Shown: positions 27,253-36,799, numbered from the stretch's first letter. The stretch: DNA of 64,000 nucleotides from a virus (IMGVR_UViG_3300021060_000011:1-64000); one strand, 5' to 3'. Notes: a model not told the origin generated them from the sequence alone. Numbers and translations: made by a program.

Positions 27253-28416
27253 TCAGGTCGGATCGACGCTGGCGTGGAAGCCGGTGGCCACACCCCAATC
27301 GACAAGGTTGCCGTTGGCGAGCTTGAACCACGTCTTGCCGACGCCGTAGGCCATGGTGATGCCGCGACCGTCGTAGTGCTGATAGTCGGTGTCTTCGAGG
27401 TAGGTCTCTTTGGGCAACTGGCCCATGACCATGTTCAGCGCCATCTTCCCGCAATAGAAGATCGGGGCGACGCTGATGCCGGCAGCACCCGCGCCGACGA
27501 ACGACGTCAGGGTGTCGATCTCCGGCACCTCGCGGATGATCATCTTGTCGTAGAGAAGATCCCCGTCGTTGAAGAGCGGGTTGTCCTTGAACCGCCCCTC
27601 ACGCGGACGAGCGTCCTTGTTCATGGCGACGATCTTCGGATCGCTCTTCAGGGCGTAGAAGCCGTTCGTGCCGACGAAGACGACGCCGCCCTCGTAACCG
27701 TCGTCCATCATCAGGGACGAGATCTTCGGGTTGCCGACCTGGGGCTTCTTGCCCATGGCCTTGAGCTTGTCGAGCATCGTGGTCGAGGCGATGTCGTTGG
27801 TCTGGTCGATGTTGGCGAGCGACGCGGCGAAGTTGCCGGCCACGCGGTTGCCGTTGGTGCCGGTGTTGGCGATGCCGAACAGAATGCGGTCGGCGTTGGC
27901 CGTCATCCACGTGTTCATCTCGGTGGCCGAAGCCTCGGACCAGAGACGCCCGTTGATGCGGCGACCGACAGCACCGGAGTACCCGTTGGGCGCGGCCTCG
28001 ATGGGCAGGGAGGCCAGGGCGCGAATGATCTCGTCGCGCTGCTGTGTCGCCGCCCACTCGCTGAGGAGAGGGCCGGCATAGTCGTAGATGTCGAAGGACA
28101 TCTTCTTCAGCTCGGCGACCGACTCCTTGACCGCGTTTCGGGTCCAGTCGAGCCAGTAGCGGCACGAGGAGTTCTGGATCGCCTCTTCCGCGCCGGACAG
28201 GAGGCCGTTGCCGACGCCCGCCGCCTTGAGCGCCGATACGAGCGGGATGTTGATCTGATCACCGCCGGTCTTGCCCTTCATGTCCCACACTCGGATCACC
28301 GAGTTGGGGCCGGAGCCCATGTAGGGCTTCAGCATGTTGCCACGCACCATCTCGCGCGTGACGTCTTTTTCGAACTGAATGCCGCGATTGTTCGCAGCGG
28401 CAGTGGTGACGGCCAT
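27253..28416 (-). CDS. major capsid protein (DUF4043/N4-gp56-like)
   Basis: YMG.G.NS.I, GD.INIPLV..L...GV....LSG.EE, NPLF..G, G..K..F, D.GV. Confidence 0.85.
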   Translation of the reverse strand: MAVTTAAANNRGIQFEKDVTREMVRGNMLKPYMGSGPNSVIRVWDMKGKTGGDQINIPLVSALKAAGVGNGLLSGAEEAIQNSSCRYWLDWTRNAVKESVAELKKMSFDIYDYAGPLLSEWAATQQRDEIIRALASLPIEAAPNGYSGAVGRRINGRLWSEASATEMNTWMTANADRILFGIANTGTNGNRVAGNFAASLANIDQTNDIASTTMLDKLKAMGKKPQVGNPKISSLMMDDGYEGGVVFVGTNGFYALKSDPKIVAMNKDARPREGRFKDNPLFNDGDLLYDKMIIREVPEIDTLTSFVGAGAAGISVAPIFYCGKMALNMVMGQLPKETYLEDTDYQHYDGRGITMAYGVGKTWFKLANGNLVDWGVATGFHASVDPT

Positions 28417-28444
28417 GGCCGTGTCCTTTCAGGGAAGGTCGCGG

Positions 28445-29356
28445 TTAGCCGGTGCGCCGGCCGCGTTCCGCGATGGTCTGGGCGAACACGTCCCCGACCC
28501 CGCCTTCGCCAGAGCCATCCCGAGAGGATGTCTGCCGGTTGAGCGAGGGGAGCGTGCGTTGGGGCTGGGGGGTGCCGCCACGGCCAGGGACGCCGGTCTG
28601 AACGGGCGTCGCCATCGAGCGGTGGGCTTCGAGTGCTCTGGCGAGGAACTCGGGGTCTTTCAGCGCCTCTTCGCGCTGCTTCTTGGTGTAGCCTTCGAGG
28701 TCGCCCCCGATGGCTTCGAGGGTGGACCGGCGCTTGTCGAAGGCGACGAGATCCCCGTAGGGATGGCGCGACTTCTCCAGGCTGGCCTTGAGGGCGAGGG
28801 CCTCGGGATCGCCCGACAGGATGGCTTGATGGACGCGCTGCCATGCGGCGACGACCACGTCCTTGCCGTGCTTCTCCTCGGCCCGTTCCCGCGAGGACTC
28901 CTCTCGCTCCTGCTGCCGTTCGGCTCGGAGCTGCTGGATTTCCTGCTGGATCGGGGTCAGGGCCTCGCGGGCGACGTGCTGCGCACGCTGGTCGATGAAC
29001 TGGTTCGGGTCCTGAGCGGTGTAGAAGTCCTGCGTTTTCAGGGCCTCTTCCTGCTCGCGGCGCCGATCCTGTTCCTCGCGCTCAGCACGCCAGCGACGCA
29101 GCTCGGCGGCTTCCGCCGCGATCTGCCGACGCTCCTCTTGGACTTCACGCAAGCGCCACGAAGGGATGTGCCCGTCTTCGTTGCGCTGAGCCGGCGGAGC
29201 GGGTTCGGGAGCGGGTTCCGGGGAAGACTCGGGCTGTGCGCCCGCATCCTGTCCCAGATCTACGGCCTCGGCTTCAACGGTGCCCTCGATCTGAGGTGCA
29301 TCGTTCCCGCTCAGGGCTGCGGCAAAGGCATCGTGCCCGCTCGTGTCGTCCGACAT
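28445..29356 (-). CDS. scaffolding protein
   Basis: acidic helical protein before MCP; IP..RL.E..EERR motif; C-terminal P.SL. Confidence 0.75.
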   Translation of the reverse strand: MSDDTSGHDAFAAALSGNDAPQIEGTVEAEAVDLGQDAGAQPESSPEPAPEPAPPAQRNEDGHIPSWRLREVQEERRQIAAEAAELRRWRAEREEQDRRREQEEALKTQDFYTAQDPNQFIDQRAQHVAREALTPIQQEIQQLRAERQQEREESSRERAEEKHGKDVVVAAWQRVHQAILSGDPEALALKASLEKSRHPYGDLVAFDKRRSTLEAIGGDLEGYTKKQREEALKDPEFLARALEAHRSMATPVQTGVPGRGGTPQPQRTLPSLNRQTSSRDGSGEGGVGDVFAQTIAERGRRTG

Positions 29357-29369
29357 GCTCGGTTCCTTT

Positions 29370-29470
29370 TCACGTATCGTGTGATGACGAGATCACCCGT
29401 GCGCTGGGCGGTGCGGCTCGCGTATCGTGCTGAGCGGACGTGGGGTGCGCCGTATCGTGGCGCGGACGAA
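29370..29470 (-). repeat. three hairpins with identical loop (ACGATAC on mRNA strand) upstream of scaffold gene
   Basis: TCAC-GTATCGT-GTGA, GCTCGC-GTATCGT-GC(T)GAGC, GCGCC-GTATCGT-GGCGC, each followed by GACG. Confidence 0.8.
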
Positions 29471-29510
29471 CTCGTGGTAGGATCGCGATCAATCCCGAAG
29501 GAGATCAGCG

Positions 29511-29723
29511 ATGGCCGTGGAGATTGGCGCTGTACCGCGCGGGTCGCGCTATCTAGGCCGCGACGAAATCGGGCGCTTGGTGTTTCAGGCCAAGGATGGA
29601 GCGGACATCAGGCTTGATGTCCCCGCATCAATGATTGCGGCAGTTGTCAGTCGGTATGTGCTCAGCGCGCCGCCATCCCCTTCGGCTCAGGCGCAACCGG
29701 CGGACGTGGCGCCCTCTGATTAG
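29511..29723 (+). CDS. moron, small hypothetical protein
   Basis: SD AAGGAG; opposite strand between portal and scaffold. Confidence 0.55.
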   Translation: MAVEIGAVPRGSRYLGRDEIGRLVFQAKDGADIRLDVPASMIAAVVSRYVLSAPPSPSAQAQPADVAPSD

Positions 29724-29735
29724 GCGCCACGCTCG

Positions 29736-31700
29736 TCAGTACCCCGCTCCCAGCCCACCAAGTCCCGGCCCTGCGGGCGGCAGGCCCGCCATCCCAGGCG
29801 CGCCCTGCGCATAGGCGCCTTCCATCACGCCCAAAGGCGACGGCTGAGGCGCCATGAATTTCAGCGCGACGTCGGACTCGGTGTCCGCCGCCTTGGCGTG
29901 CTTCAGCCGAACGTCGGCCTCCTGCTCGGCGAGATCGGCCATGTCCTTGCCCGCCGCGTTCGGCTGGCGCTGCGCGTCGGAAAGCAGCTTGGCCGCCCGC
30001 GCCTTGGTCTCCTCAACCTTGGCGACCGCCCCGGCCATCTCGACTTCGGCGGCCTGTTGCGCCTGCGGGTTCGGCGCGGACGATTGCTGAAGGTAGCCAA
30101 GGATCTTATTCTTGGTCGCCTGCGGAAGGTTGGCAAGCTCGATGAAGATCTCGGGCGGAAGGGGCTTGCCGGCTTGCGCCATGCCAGGCGCCACGGCCAT
30201 TAGGCCCTCAAGTGTATCCTCCATCAGGGTCGTGCGATCCGGCCCCTCGTCCACGATGATATCGATGTCGAGCGAGCCCAGCGCGTTGACGAGGATCGGC
30301 ATTCCGGTCTGCGGATCGGTGTCTTGGCCGTTCACCTGAAGGAACTGTGCCAGCCCCTCATCGTCCGTGACCCTGACCCACCGCTCGGCGGTCCAGTATT
30401 GCTGCACGACGTTCCAAACCGCGCGGTAAACGCGCTTTTTCCAGTTCGTGTACTCGATCAGGTACGGGCCGAGTTCCGAGATGCCGGCCTGTTGAAGAAG
30501 CTGGATCGCGCGCCCCGAAGCCGACGCGCCGAGGCCGCCGATCAGGGCTTGGTTGGGGCCGAAGCCCTCGATCTCGTTCTTGGCTTCCGTCAGCATTTCG
30601 AGGTTGCCGCGCACGAGGTCGGCGTTGTTCTCGAAATTGACCTTGGCCCCCATCGGCGTCACGAGAACGGCGTCGGGGCGATGCGCCTCGGTGCGCAGTT
30701 CGTTCACGTCGTCAACCGTGCCATTTTCCACGGTCAGCCGCCACGAGTGCAGGGCGTGGATGCCCTTCGAGCGGCGGTGGTTGATCTCGTCCTGCGGGCC
30801 TTTCAGGTTACGCACGAAGCCGTAACGGTCGTTGTCGTGATCGACGTCGGCCGAGAACAGCACGAAGCGGCAGAACGGATTGCCTTTCTCGTCCACGAAC
30901 GGGCTCTCGCCCTGCGCCAGCGCGAGATCGCCGCAGTAGAACTGATACAGCCAACCGTCGCCGCGCTTGTACCAATGCTCCACGAGCCGGACGTGCTTGG
31001 CGCCGTTGCTGGTGTGCGAGAGACGACGGTCCCGGTCACTGTTGGCCAAGGTGTCGTATCCGCCGCCGCCTGACGCCGCCGACCGAAGCTCGCGCTCGAA
31101 CTCGGGAAACATGCCGATGGCCGAGTCCAGCGCCACCCACTTCGCAACGCCGATATAGCGCGCGTCGGAGAAGTCCGGCCGAGTCGAGCGCGGGTCGTAG
31201 AACACGTCGCGCGGGTCGAGGTAGTGGATCGCCACGTCCGCATCGCCATGGTCGCCCGGCACGACTTCAAGCTCGATGCCGGCCAGGGGCTCGACGGCGC
31301 CGGCCTTGGCGACAGCCGGGGAAACGGACTTCCACTGGTTGATGTCGAGGACGTAATTCATCACCGCCGTGGCGATGTCGGCCCCATTCTGTTGCTGCGG
31401 CGTGCGCGGAAAGCCCTTGGGGTCCTGGCGAAGGCGCTCCACCACGCCCACCACGCCGTCGATCTTCCGCTTGATGCGGTTGTACGTGACGACCGGCTGA
31501 TTGCGAGAGCGCAGGATGCGAACCTCGTCCGAGGTCCACTGATCGCCGTGATAGTAGCGCCGCGCCTCGTCGGCCTCCTGACGCTCGTTCAGCTTCGCCG
31601 TCTCGTAGTCCGACAGCTGCGTGCGCAGCGCCGTCACGGACAGGAAAGCGAGATCGCCGCGATCCTCGACGGGCGCGGCGGGGACAGCGGTTGCGGCCAT
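29736..31700 (-). CDS. portal protein (P22-like)
   Basis: YYHGDQW...R.QP.VTYNRI, YGFVRNLKGPQDEINHRRSK, ASGRAI, DIIVDEGP. Confidence 0.92.
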   Translation of the reverse strand: MAATAVPAAPVEDRGDLAFLSVTALRTQLSDYETAKLNERQEADEARRYYHGDQWTSDEVRILRSRNQPVVTYNRIKRKIDGVVGVVERLRQDPKGFPRTPQQQNGADIATAVMNYVLDINQWKSVSPAVAKAGAVEPLAGIELEVVPGDHGDADVAIHYLDPRDVFYDPRSTRPDFSDARYIGVAKWVALDSAIGMFPEFERELRSAASGGGGYDTLANSDRDRRLSHTSNGAKHVRLVEHWYKRGDGWLYQFYCGDLALAQGESPFVDEKGNPFCRFVLFSADVDHDNDRYGFVRNLKGPQDEINHRRSKGIHALHSWRLTVENGTVDDVNELRTEAHRPDAVLVTPMGAKVNFENNADLVRGNLEMLTEAKNEIEGFGPNQALIGGLGASASGRAIQLLQQAGISELGPYLIEYTNWKKRVYRAVWNVVQQYWTAERWVRVTDDEGLAQFLQVNGQDTDPQTGMPILVNALGSLDIDIIVDEGPDRTTLMEDTLEGLMAVAPGMAQAGKPLPPEIFIELANLPQATKNKILGYLQQSSAPNPQAQQAAEVEMAGAVAKVEETKARAAKLLSDAQRQPNAAGKDMADLAEQEADVRLKHAKAADTESDVALKFMAPQPSPLGVMEGAYAQGAPGMAGLPPAGPGLGGLGAGY

Positions 31701-31704
31701 ATCG

Positions 31705-32205
31705 TCAGGAAGCCTTGACGGCGATGAGGTAGAACCCGGCGTTGGCCGCGTCCTCCGTGGCGTCGTAGCCCGTGATGGACGCCGCGATGGCGTTGAGGCC
31801 GGAGATGACGGAGGTGAGCACGGCGAGGACGCCGAGCGGGTTCGTGGCGAGCGTCTGCGCCGGCAGGCGGCGAGCCCGGCGCCCGTAGACCGTGCAGCCG
31901 GTGAACTTGCCCTGCGCGTTGGTGGTCGGCGTGACGTCGAAGTCCGGCACGGCCCAACCCGCCGCCTTGGCGCCGACCGAGATCACCGTCACGGCCGGCT
32001 CGTTGTCGAAGATCTGTGTGAACACCACCGTGGCGTTGCCCGTGCTGTCGAGCGTACCCTTGGCCGTCGCGGTGAGACGCGGATGCTGGTGATCGGCGTA
32101 GGGGATCTGCGGGACCGATCCGAGCAGCGCCGCACCGGCCTCGGCCTTCGGCATCACCGTGGCGAAGGTGGGCACGTCGAGTTGGCCGGAAGAGAACCCG
32201 CCCAT
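31705..32205 (-). CDS. hypothetical virion protein
   Basis: between terL and portal; YADHQHP motif. Confidence 0.6.
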   Translation of the reverse strand: MGGFSSGQLDVPTFATVMPKAEAGAALLGSVPQIPYADHQHPRLTATAKGTLDSTGNATVVFTQIFDNEPAVTVISVGAKAAGWAVPDFDVTPTTNAQGKFTGCTVYGRRARRLPAQTLATNPLGVLAVLTSVISGLNAIAASITGYDATEDAANAGFYLIAVKAS

Positions 32206-32209
32206 CGGA

Positions 32210-32599
32210 TCAGCCCGCCGTGATGGTGTAGGTGGTGCCGTTGGTCGAGAACAGGTTCACCGATCCCGTGGGGCACTTGGCGTCGAGAACGACAGAGGCG
32301 CCCGCCGCGATGGGGTGGCCGATAGTAGCGGCAGCGGCCTGTCCGAAGCGCAGGGTCATCGGATTGGTGCCGGTGTTCGAGACGATGAGAAGCTGGCGCG
32401 CGGCGTTGGCGGCGAGCGGCGTGACGTTGGTGGCCGCCGCGATGCTGCCCGACGTGTCCGTGGTCGTGGCTGACGAAACGGCGGGAGCCGGAGCCGGGGC
32501 CGTCCGCAGGGCGCCAGCGCCGTCCAGCATGAACGGGCGCGTCTGGCCGTCAACGACAGCCGCCGTGGCCGGGTTGGTGACGACGACGCCCGTACTCAT
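32210..32599 (-). CDS. hypothetical virion protein
   Basis: AAN..R..L.V.N.G motif, beta-rich. Confidence 0.6.
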   Translation of the reverse strand: MSTGVVVTNPATAAVVDGQTRPFMLDGAGALRTAPAPAPAVSSATTTDTSGSIAAATNVTPLAANAARQLLIVSNTGTNPMTLRFGQAAAATIGHPIAAGASVVLDAKCPTGSVNLFSTNGTTYTITAG

Positions 32600-32601
32600 G
32601 G

Positions 32602-32847
32602 CTACACGACGCCCATCATGCGGGCGGTCTCGGTCTCGGTGAACGGGTCGAGATCGGGGCGGTAGCCAGAGGCCAGAGGACGGACGGTGGCATTGCCGGC
32701 ATCGTCTTGCCCCACAACAAGCGTGTTGCCGAATGCTACAAAGCTGGCGAACCGCTCCGCGATCCGGGTCAGCGCGTCGGGATCGGCTTCCGGATACATG
32801 GATCGAGCGCGATCAAGACACGCAAGGCGAACTTCTTCGATGCGCAT
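32602..32847 (-). CDS. hypothetical protein
   Basis: TGATG overlap with terL. Confidence 0.55.
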   Translation of the reverse strand: MRIEEVRLACLDRARSMYPEADPDALTRIAERFASFVAFGNTLVVGQDDAGNATVRPLASGYRPDLDPFTETETARMMGVV

Positions 32848-34211
32848 CAAACCCTCCATGACCCCTGAGACGCCGTTGCCGAGGAATAGCCGGTCTTGGG
32901 CTTGGGCGCGGGCGCCGCAGGCTTCGGGTGGATGCCGCAGTTCACGGCCCACTCACCAAAAGCGTCGGCCCCGTGGCTGTTCTCGTCGTGCAACGGGGTC
33001 TGATAGGTCTGCATCTGGTCGTTCCAGCGCCGGGAGTAGCGCCGAAGCCGAGAGAGGCCGATCTGCACCCGCTTGGTGTTGTTGAACGACACGATGGGCA
33101 GGACCCGCCGCACCGCGTTGATGCGCTCGGAAGCGCCCTGTTGCGCGCCGGCCTGGATCGGCCGGACTCCCAGCGCCATGAGCGTCTGGAACCGCGTCCG
33201 CGCCCCGCCGCCCCATTCCCGCACATTGACGTCGTGCGGCAGGAAGTGGCGGCCGTAGGTGAACGGCTTCCCACGTCCGATCTCGGCGAGCCCCGCCAAC
33301 CGCTCGGCAGGCTCCGGGATCAGCTCCGGCATGCAGGCCCGAACGATCTGTTCGGCCCCGTCGCCGCTCACCTCGTAATAGTCGATGGCCCTGGCCGAGC
33401 GCCCGTCGTCCTGCATGAACCAGACGGCGGTGTAGTCGTCCACGCCGATGTCCCAGGCCGTCTTGACCGGGACGTTGGGCAGATACGGGAAGTCGCCGAT
33501 CCGGCCCGCCCGCTCGGCTTCCGCGAGCATCTTGGCGTAGTAGGCGCCTTCCGTGACGACCTGATATCCGCCGCCCCAGACGTGGTCCGCCTGCTCCTGA
33601 TCAGCGGCGTAGTCGTCGTTCTTCTCGTCCCGGAGTTCCGCCGGAAACCACGGGTTGTCGTACCAGTTGACCTCGATGAACACCGAATTGCTCGGCGGGC
33701 TCGGCCCGCGTGCGAGCTTGTCGATGGCGTCGGTGTCGAAACGCGGGTTCCACGAGAACCACAGCTCGGACCCAGGCTTGCGGATCGTCGGGCGCAGCAT
33801 CCGCAGCGAGTGCGCGGACAGCGATTGCGCCTCTTCCACCCACGCGATGTCGTAGCCTTCCAGCGACTTGATCGTGTCGGCGTTGTAGCTCTGCATCCCT
33901 CGGAAGATGATCAGCGAGCCGTGCGGGCCACGGATCTCGCTCTCAAGGATCTCGAAATAGGCGCCGACGCCGAGCTTGCTGATCTTGTCGGCGAGAAGCT
34001 GCTTGACCGACTCCTTGAGGCTGTTCTGCACCTCGCGGATACACACCGCGCGGGTCGTGCCAGAGAAGCACCGAGCGATCAGTTGCTCGCCGAAGAAGTG
34101 CGACTTCCCCGAACCGCGCCCCCCGTAGGCGCCCTTGTACCGCTTGGGCGCCAGAAGCGGAACGAACGCCTCGGCGATCTCAATCGGAAGGGCGGACGAC
34201 GCGCCATTCAA
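32847..34211 (-). CDS. terL: terminase large subunit (PBSX family)
   Basis: YGGRGSGKS Walker A, WVEEA Walker B, SWNP, AWDIG..D nuclease, SHGADAF. Confidence 0.95.
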   Translation of the reverse strand: MNGASSALPIEIAEAFVPLLAPKRYKGAYGGRGSGKSHFFGEQLIARCFSGTTRAVCIREVQNSLKESVKQLLADKISKLGVGAYFEILESEIRGPHGSLIIFRGMQSYNADTIKSLEGYDIAWVEEAQSLSAHSLRMLRPTIRKPGSELWFSWNPRFDTDAIDKLARGPSPPSNSVFIEVNWYDNPWFPAELRDEKNDDYAADQEQADHVWGGGYQVVTEGAYYAKMLAEAERAGRIGDFPYLPNVPVKTAWDIGVDDYTAVWFMQDDGRSARAIDYYEVSGDGAEQIVRACMPELIPEPAERLAGLAEIGRGKPFTYGRHFLPHDVNVREWGGGARTRFQTLMALGVRPIQAGAQQGASERINAVRRVLPIVSFNNTKRVQIGLSRLRRYSRRWNDQMQTYQTPLHDENSHGADAFGEWAVNCGIHPKPAAPAPKPKTGYSSATASQGSWRV

Positions 34212-34626
34212 TGGCTTGCACCTTGATGGGAGCGCCGTTCGGCCCGGAAATCTCGCTGGTGATCTTGTCGCCGTACTTCTTCGGCGCCGCCTTCGACATC
34301 AGCCACTTGCGCGTATCGACCCGGAGGCGCGAGCGCTGGATATGTTCGGCATCGACTGTCTCGCTGCCATCCGCGCGCTTCTTCGTGTCGTGCGTGCCGT
34401 CGTCGGCTATCTCAACGATTTCGTCAGCCCAGAGATCGGCCTGCGCCTCGCGCGCGAGCGTGTATTGCTCCCGAAAGGCTTCGTCGCCAGCGAGCCACCG
34501 AAACACCATCGACTGCGACGGCATCTCGTCCTCACGGCAGATCGCACGAAGCGTCTCGCCTTCCGCAAGCCGCTGGCAAATCGTGTCGGCGAGTTCAGGG
34601 GTAAAGCTGGAGGGCCTTCCGGTCAT
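34180..34626 (-). CDS. terS: terminase small subunit (Sf6-like)
   Basis: GRPS.FT.ELA..IC.RLAEGE.LR.IC...P....V.RW, RLRVDTRKW..SK.APKKYGD. Confidence 0.93.
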   Translation of the reverse strand: MTGRPSSFTPELADTICQRLAEGETLRAICREDEMPSQSMVFRWLAGDEAFREQYTLAREAQADLWADEIVEIADDGTHDTKKRADGSETVDAEHIQRSRLRVDTRKWLMSKAAPKKYGDKITSEISGPNGAPIKVQAIEWRVVRPSD

Positions 34627-34700
34627 GGATTGGTGTCTCTTAGACCCACCGCCGCATCATCGTAGCCACAAACCCCGCGACCATCGTCACCGCGACGAAC

Positions 34701-34919
34701 TCAGCGAGGGCGGAGGTCATGGGACAGAGGGAAAAGAGGCTGACAACGGTCTGCCATCTCGCGCATCTCTCTAGCTTGCCGAAGCTGAATGGGATCGGGC
34801 TCGTGATACACCAGCACGCCGTGACACAGATGGACGTGGTCGCCCTCAACGCGCTTGATGCCGACGATTGCGGCCATGGCGTCAGCGACGATCTGCGGGG
34901 CGAAGCCGCCTGTGTTCAC
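34701..34919 (-). CDS. hypothetical protein
   Basis: GTGA overlap. Confidence 0.5.
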   Translation of the reverse strand: MNTGGFAPQIVADAMAAIVGIKRVEGDHVHLCHGVLVYHEPDPIQLRQAREMREMADRCQPLFPLSHDLRPR

Positions 34920-35149
34920 TCCCCCACCGCCATACGGTCGGATGAGGGTTTGGGACGGGCCAGTGAAGCATCGTCTGCGGATCGGTCGGGACTTGCGATC
35001 ATAATCCGCCCATTGCTCTGCTCTACCACGAGACATCCAGTGAAGGGCGGTTCGTATGAGAAGGGCACGGTCTCAGCCGGAAACTGCTGAAGCACCGCGA
35101 TCAGCTCGCCGACCGTGCGGCACTCGACTCGCAACTCGCTGGTGCTCAT
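34916..35149 (-). CDS. hypothetical protein, first late gene
   Basis: SD AGGAGAGG; TVGELIAVLQQFP motif. Confidence 0.6.
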   Translation of the reverse strand: MSTSELRVECRTVGELIAVLQQFPAETVPFSYEPPFTGCLVVEQSNGRIMIASPDRSADDASLARPKPSSDRMAVGE

Positions 35150-35159
35150 CACCTCTCCT

Positions 35160-35834
35160 TGCGATCTAGGACGGTGGTGGTGGGGATCGATGCGGGTGGG
35201 GTTCATTCCCAACAGCCGATGGCGAAGCGGCTTGACGGTTTGGTCGCCACCCCGATCAGGCGGCTCTGGACTGGCCCTCGCAGGCTCAGGAGCTACCAAC
35301 TTCGGGTGTCACAGGGTTTTCGTTCATCCCCTGCCGCATCGAACTCAAATCTTGCGCCCGCCAGTAGAGGCTTGCCAGGGCGGGCGTCGCCCTTCCGAGG
35401 TGAAGCCTCGGCGCACCCGTGTCTGGCGCTTTCGTCCAGCCGTGATGCGAGGTTTGTATCGATGCGGGGCTTGGCGCATGGCCCCATTCAACCCGACACC
35501 CCGGAGTCAACCAACGTCGGGCACCTGCCGCATCGAACTCGTGTGCCGCGTGGCGGCGAAACTTGGTGCTCAGGAGGGCGGGAGAAACCCTGCTGCATCG
35601 TCTCCGATGCCCTGGCTGATCCCCTCGCTTCGGTCTTACCTCCCGACCGGGGCTGAGAGCTTGGGAATTGTAGTGAGGCATCCCCGAAGGGATTTCAGCG
35701 TCGCTGCCTATCGGGCGAACCCGGCCTCTGAAGCAGGAACCGGCTCCCGGTCCTGATTGCCCTGCGGAGCGACCCGCTGGGCGGTCTGTTGATCCTCTTG
35801 AGCGGCGGGCTGACGCACAAATCGCCACTCTGAT
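35160..35834 (-). ncRNA. candidate large structured RNA (late leader)
   Basis: near-continuous hairpins with UUCG/GNRA loops on the minus strand; duplicated 17-nt GAGTTCGATGCGGCAGG, each copy closing a 9-bp stem with CCGCATCGA. Confidence 0.55.
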
Positions 35835-35840
35835 AGCTTC

Positions 35841-35869
35841 ACCATCCCATAGTCAGGACTCGCCGTCAA
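35841..35869 (-). promoter_or_regulatory. putative late promoter (pR'-like)
   Basis: TTGACG-N17-GATGGT right after the Q-like gene stop. Confidence 0.6.
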
Positions 35870-35874
35870 CACCT

Positions 35875-36486
35875 CTACGCCCAGGCCCGATGAAGACTGT
35901 TGAGGGCCACGCGCAAGCTGCCGATCTCAGCCTCGTTCTTCGGAAAGCGCGCCATGACACCCACCGAAACTAGGGCCGATGACGCCGCCGCCCACTCCCC
36001 CGTGTCGCACAACGCGGTCTGTGCTTCGTGCCACTGCGCCTTGAGCTTCTGCGCGTCTTCAAAGCTCATGTCCTTCGCCGTGGTGATACCGCCGGCCACG
36101 TCGTTGATGGCTTGGCTCGGGAACTTCGGTAGGTGCCCGGTGACGTGGTGAGCATAGCGCAGATACAGCTCCACGTACCGATTGCCGGCGGCGAGCTGGT
36201 CCAGGCTCAACACCTCCGTGAGGTAGAGGACGCCGAGGGGATAGCCGGCTTTCGGATCGCGTTCCTTCAGCTTCGGGTCGAGGCGCTTGGACTTCGCTAC
36301 GGCCTTGCGGTGGGGATGGTTCAGGGCGACGCGCAAGGCTTCCTCCTCGCTCTCTCGTTCGATGGCGGCGGCCAACCGCTGTCGGCCCTTCACGGTGGTC
36401 TCCCGCTGCGCCTGGCCGTTCTTCTCCCTCGCCCGTGGGACGATGCGGAGGCTCTTCACCTTCTCGGCGGTGTTCGCGTAGGCCAT
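35875..36486 (-). CDS. late-gene regulator / Q-like antiterminator (alphaproteobacterial type)
   Basis: last early gene before late promoter; LG.LYL......Q.AAG.RY, LR.AL..L motifs. Confidence 0.6.
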   Translation of the reverse strand: MAYANTAEKVKSLRIVPRAREKNGQAQRETTVKGRQRLAAAIERESEEEALRVALNHPHRKAVAKSKRLDPKLKERDPKAGYPLGVLYLTEVLSLDQLAAGNRYVELYLRYAHHVTGHLPKFPSQAINDVAGGITTAKDMSFEDAQKLKAQWHEAQTALCDTGEWAAASSALVSVGVMARFPKNEAEIGSLRVALNSLHRAWA

Positions 36487-36523
36487 GGGGGTGTCCTGTA
36501 CGGGGGAGAGGGTTAGGCGGCGA

Positions 36524-36799
36524 TCACTCAGGGCGACCGGCGAGGCCGCAGTAGCCATCGGCTGAGTATTTGCCGATCCGCTCGTCTTCCGGCTCGCGTT
36601 TGTCTCGGTTCTCGTGGTGAACGCGCTTGCGCCAAGCCATGCATGCAGAGCCCTGACACTTGGAGCCCTTCAACTGCCCGGCGCCATCTGCATCGACCAG
36701 CTTATTGCCAGCCGATGGGATGACTTCACCGAGAGATGTTTGCGTGACGACCCTGGCGAACGGGCACCACTTGGTCTTCGCTTCTGTCTCGGTCATCAT
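36524..36799 (-). CDS. Cys-motif phage protein
   Basis: TE.EA..KWCP...C.GS.CMAWR...GYCGLAG.P. Confidence 0.7.
   Translation of the reverse strand: MMTETEAKTKWCPFARVVTQTSLGEVIPSAGNKLVDADGAGQLKGSKCQGSACMAWRKRVHHENRDKREPEDERIGKYSADGYCGLAGRPE

Noticed and set aside
29370-29470. Mini CRISPR array
   Set aside because: The conserved core is only about 9 nt, spacing is irregular and no cas genes are present
35115-35828. ORFs of 165-213 aa in the late-leader region
   Set aside because: Arg/Pro/Ser-rich composition typical of non-coding frames; no SD or motifs
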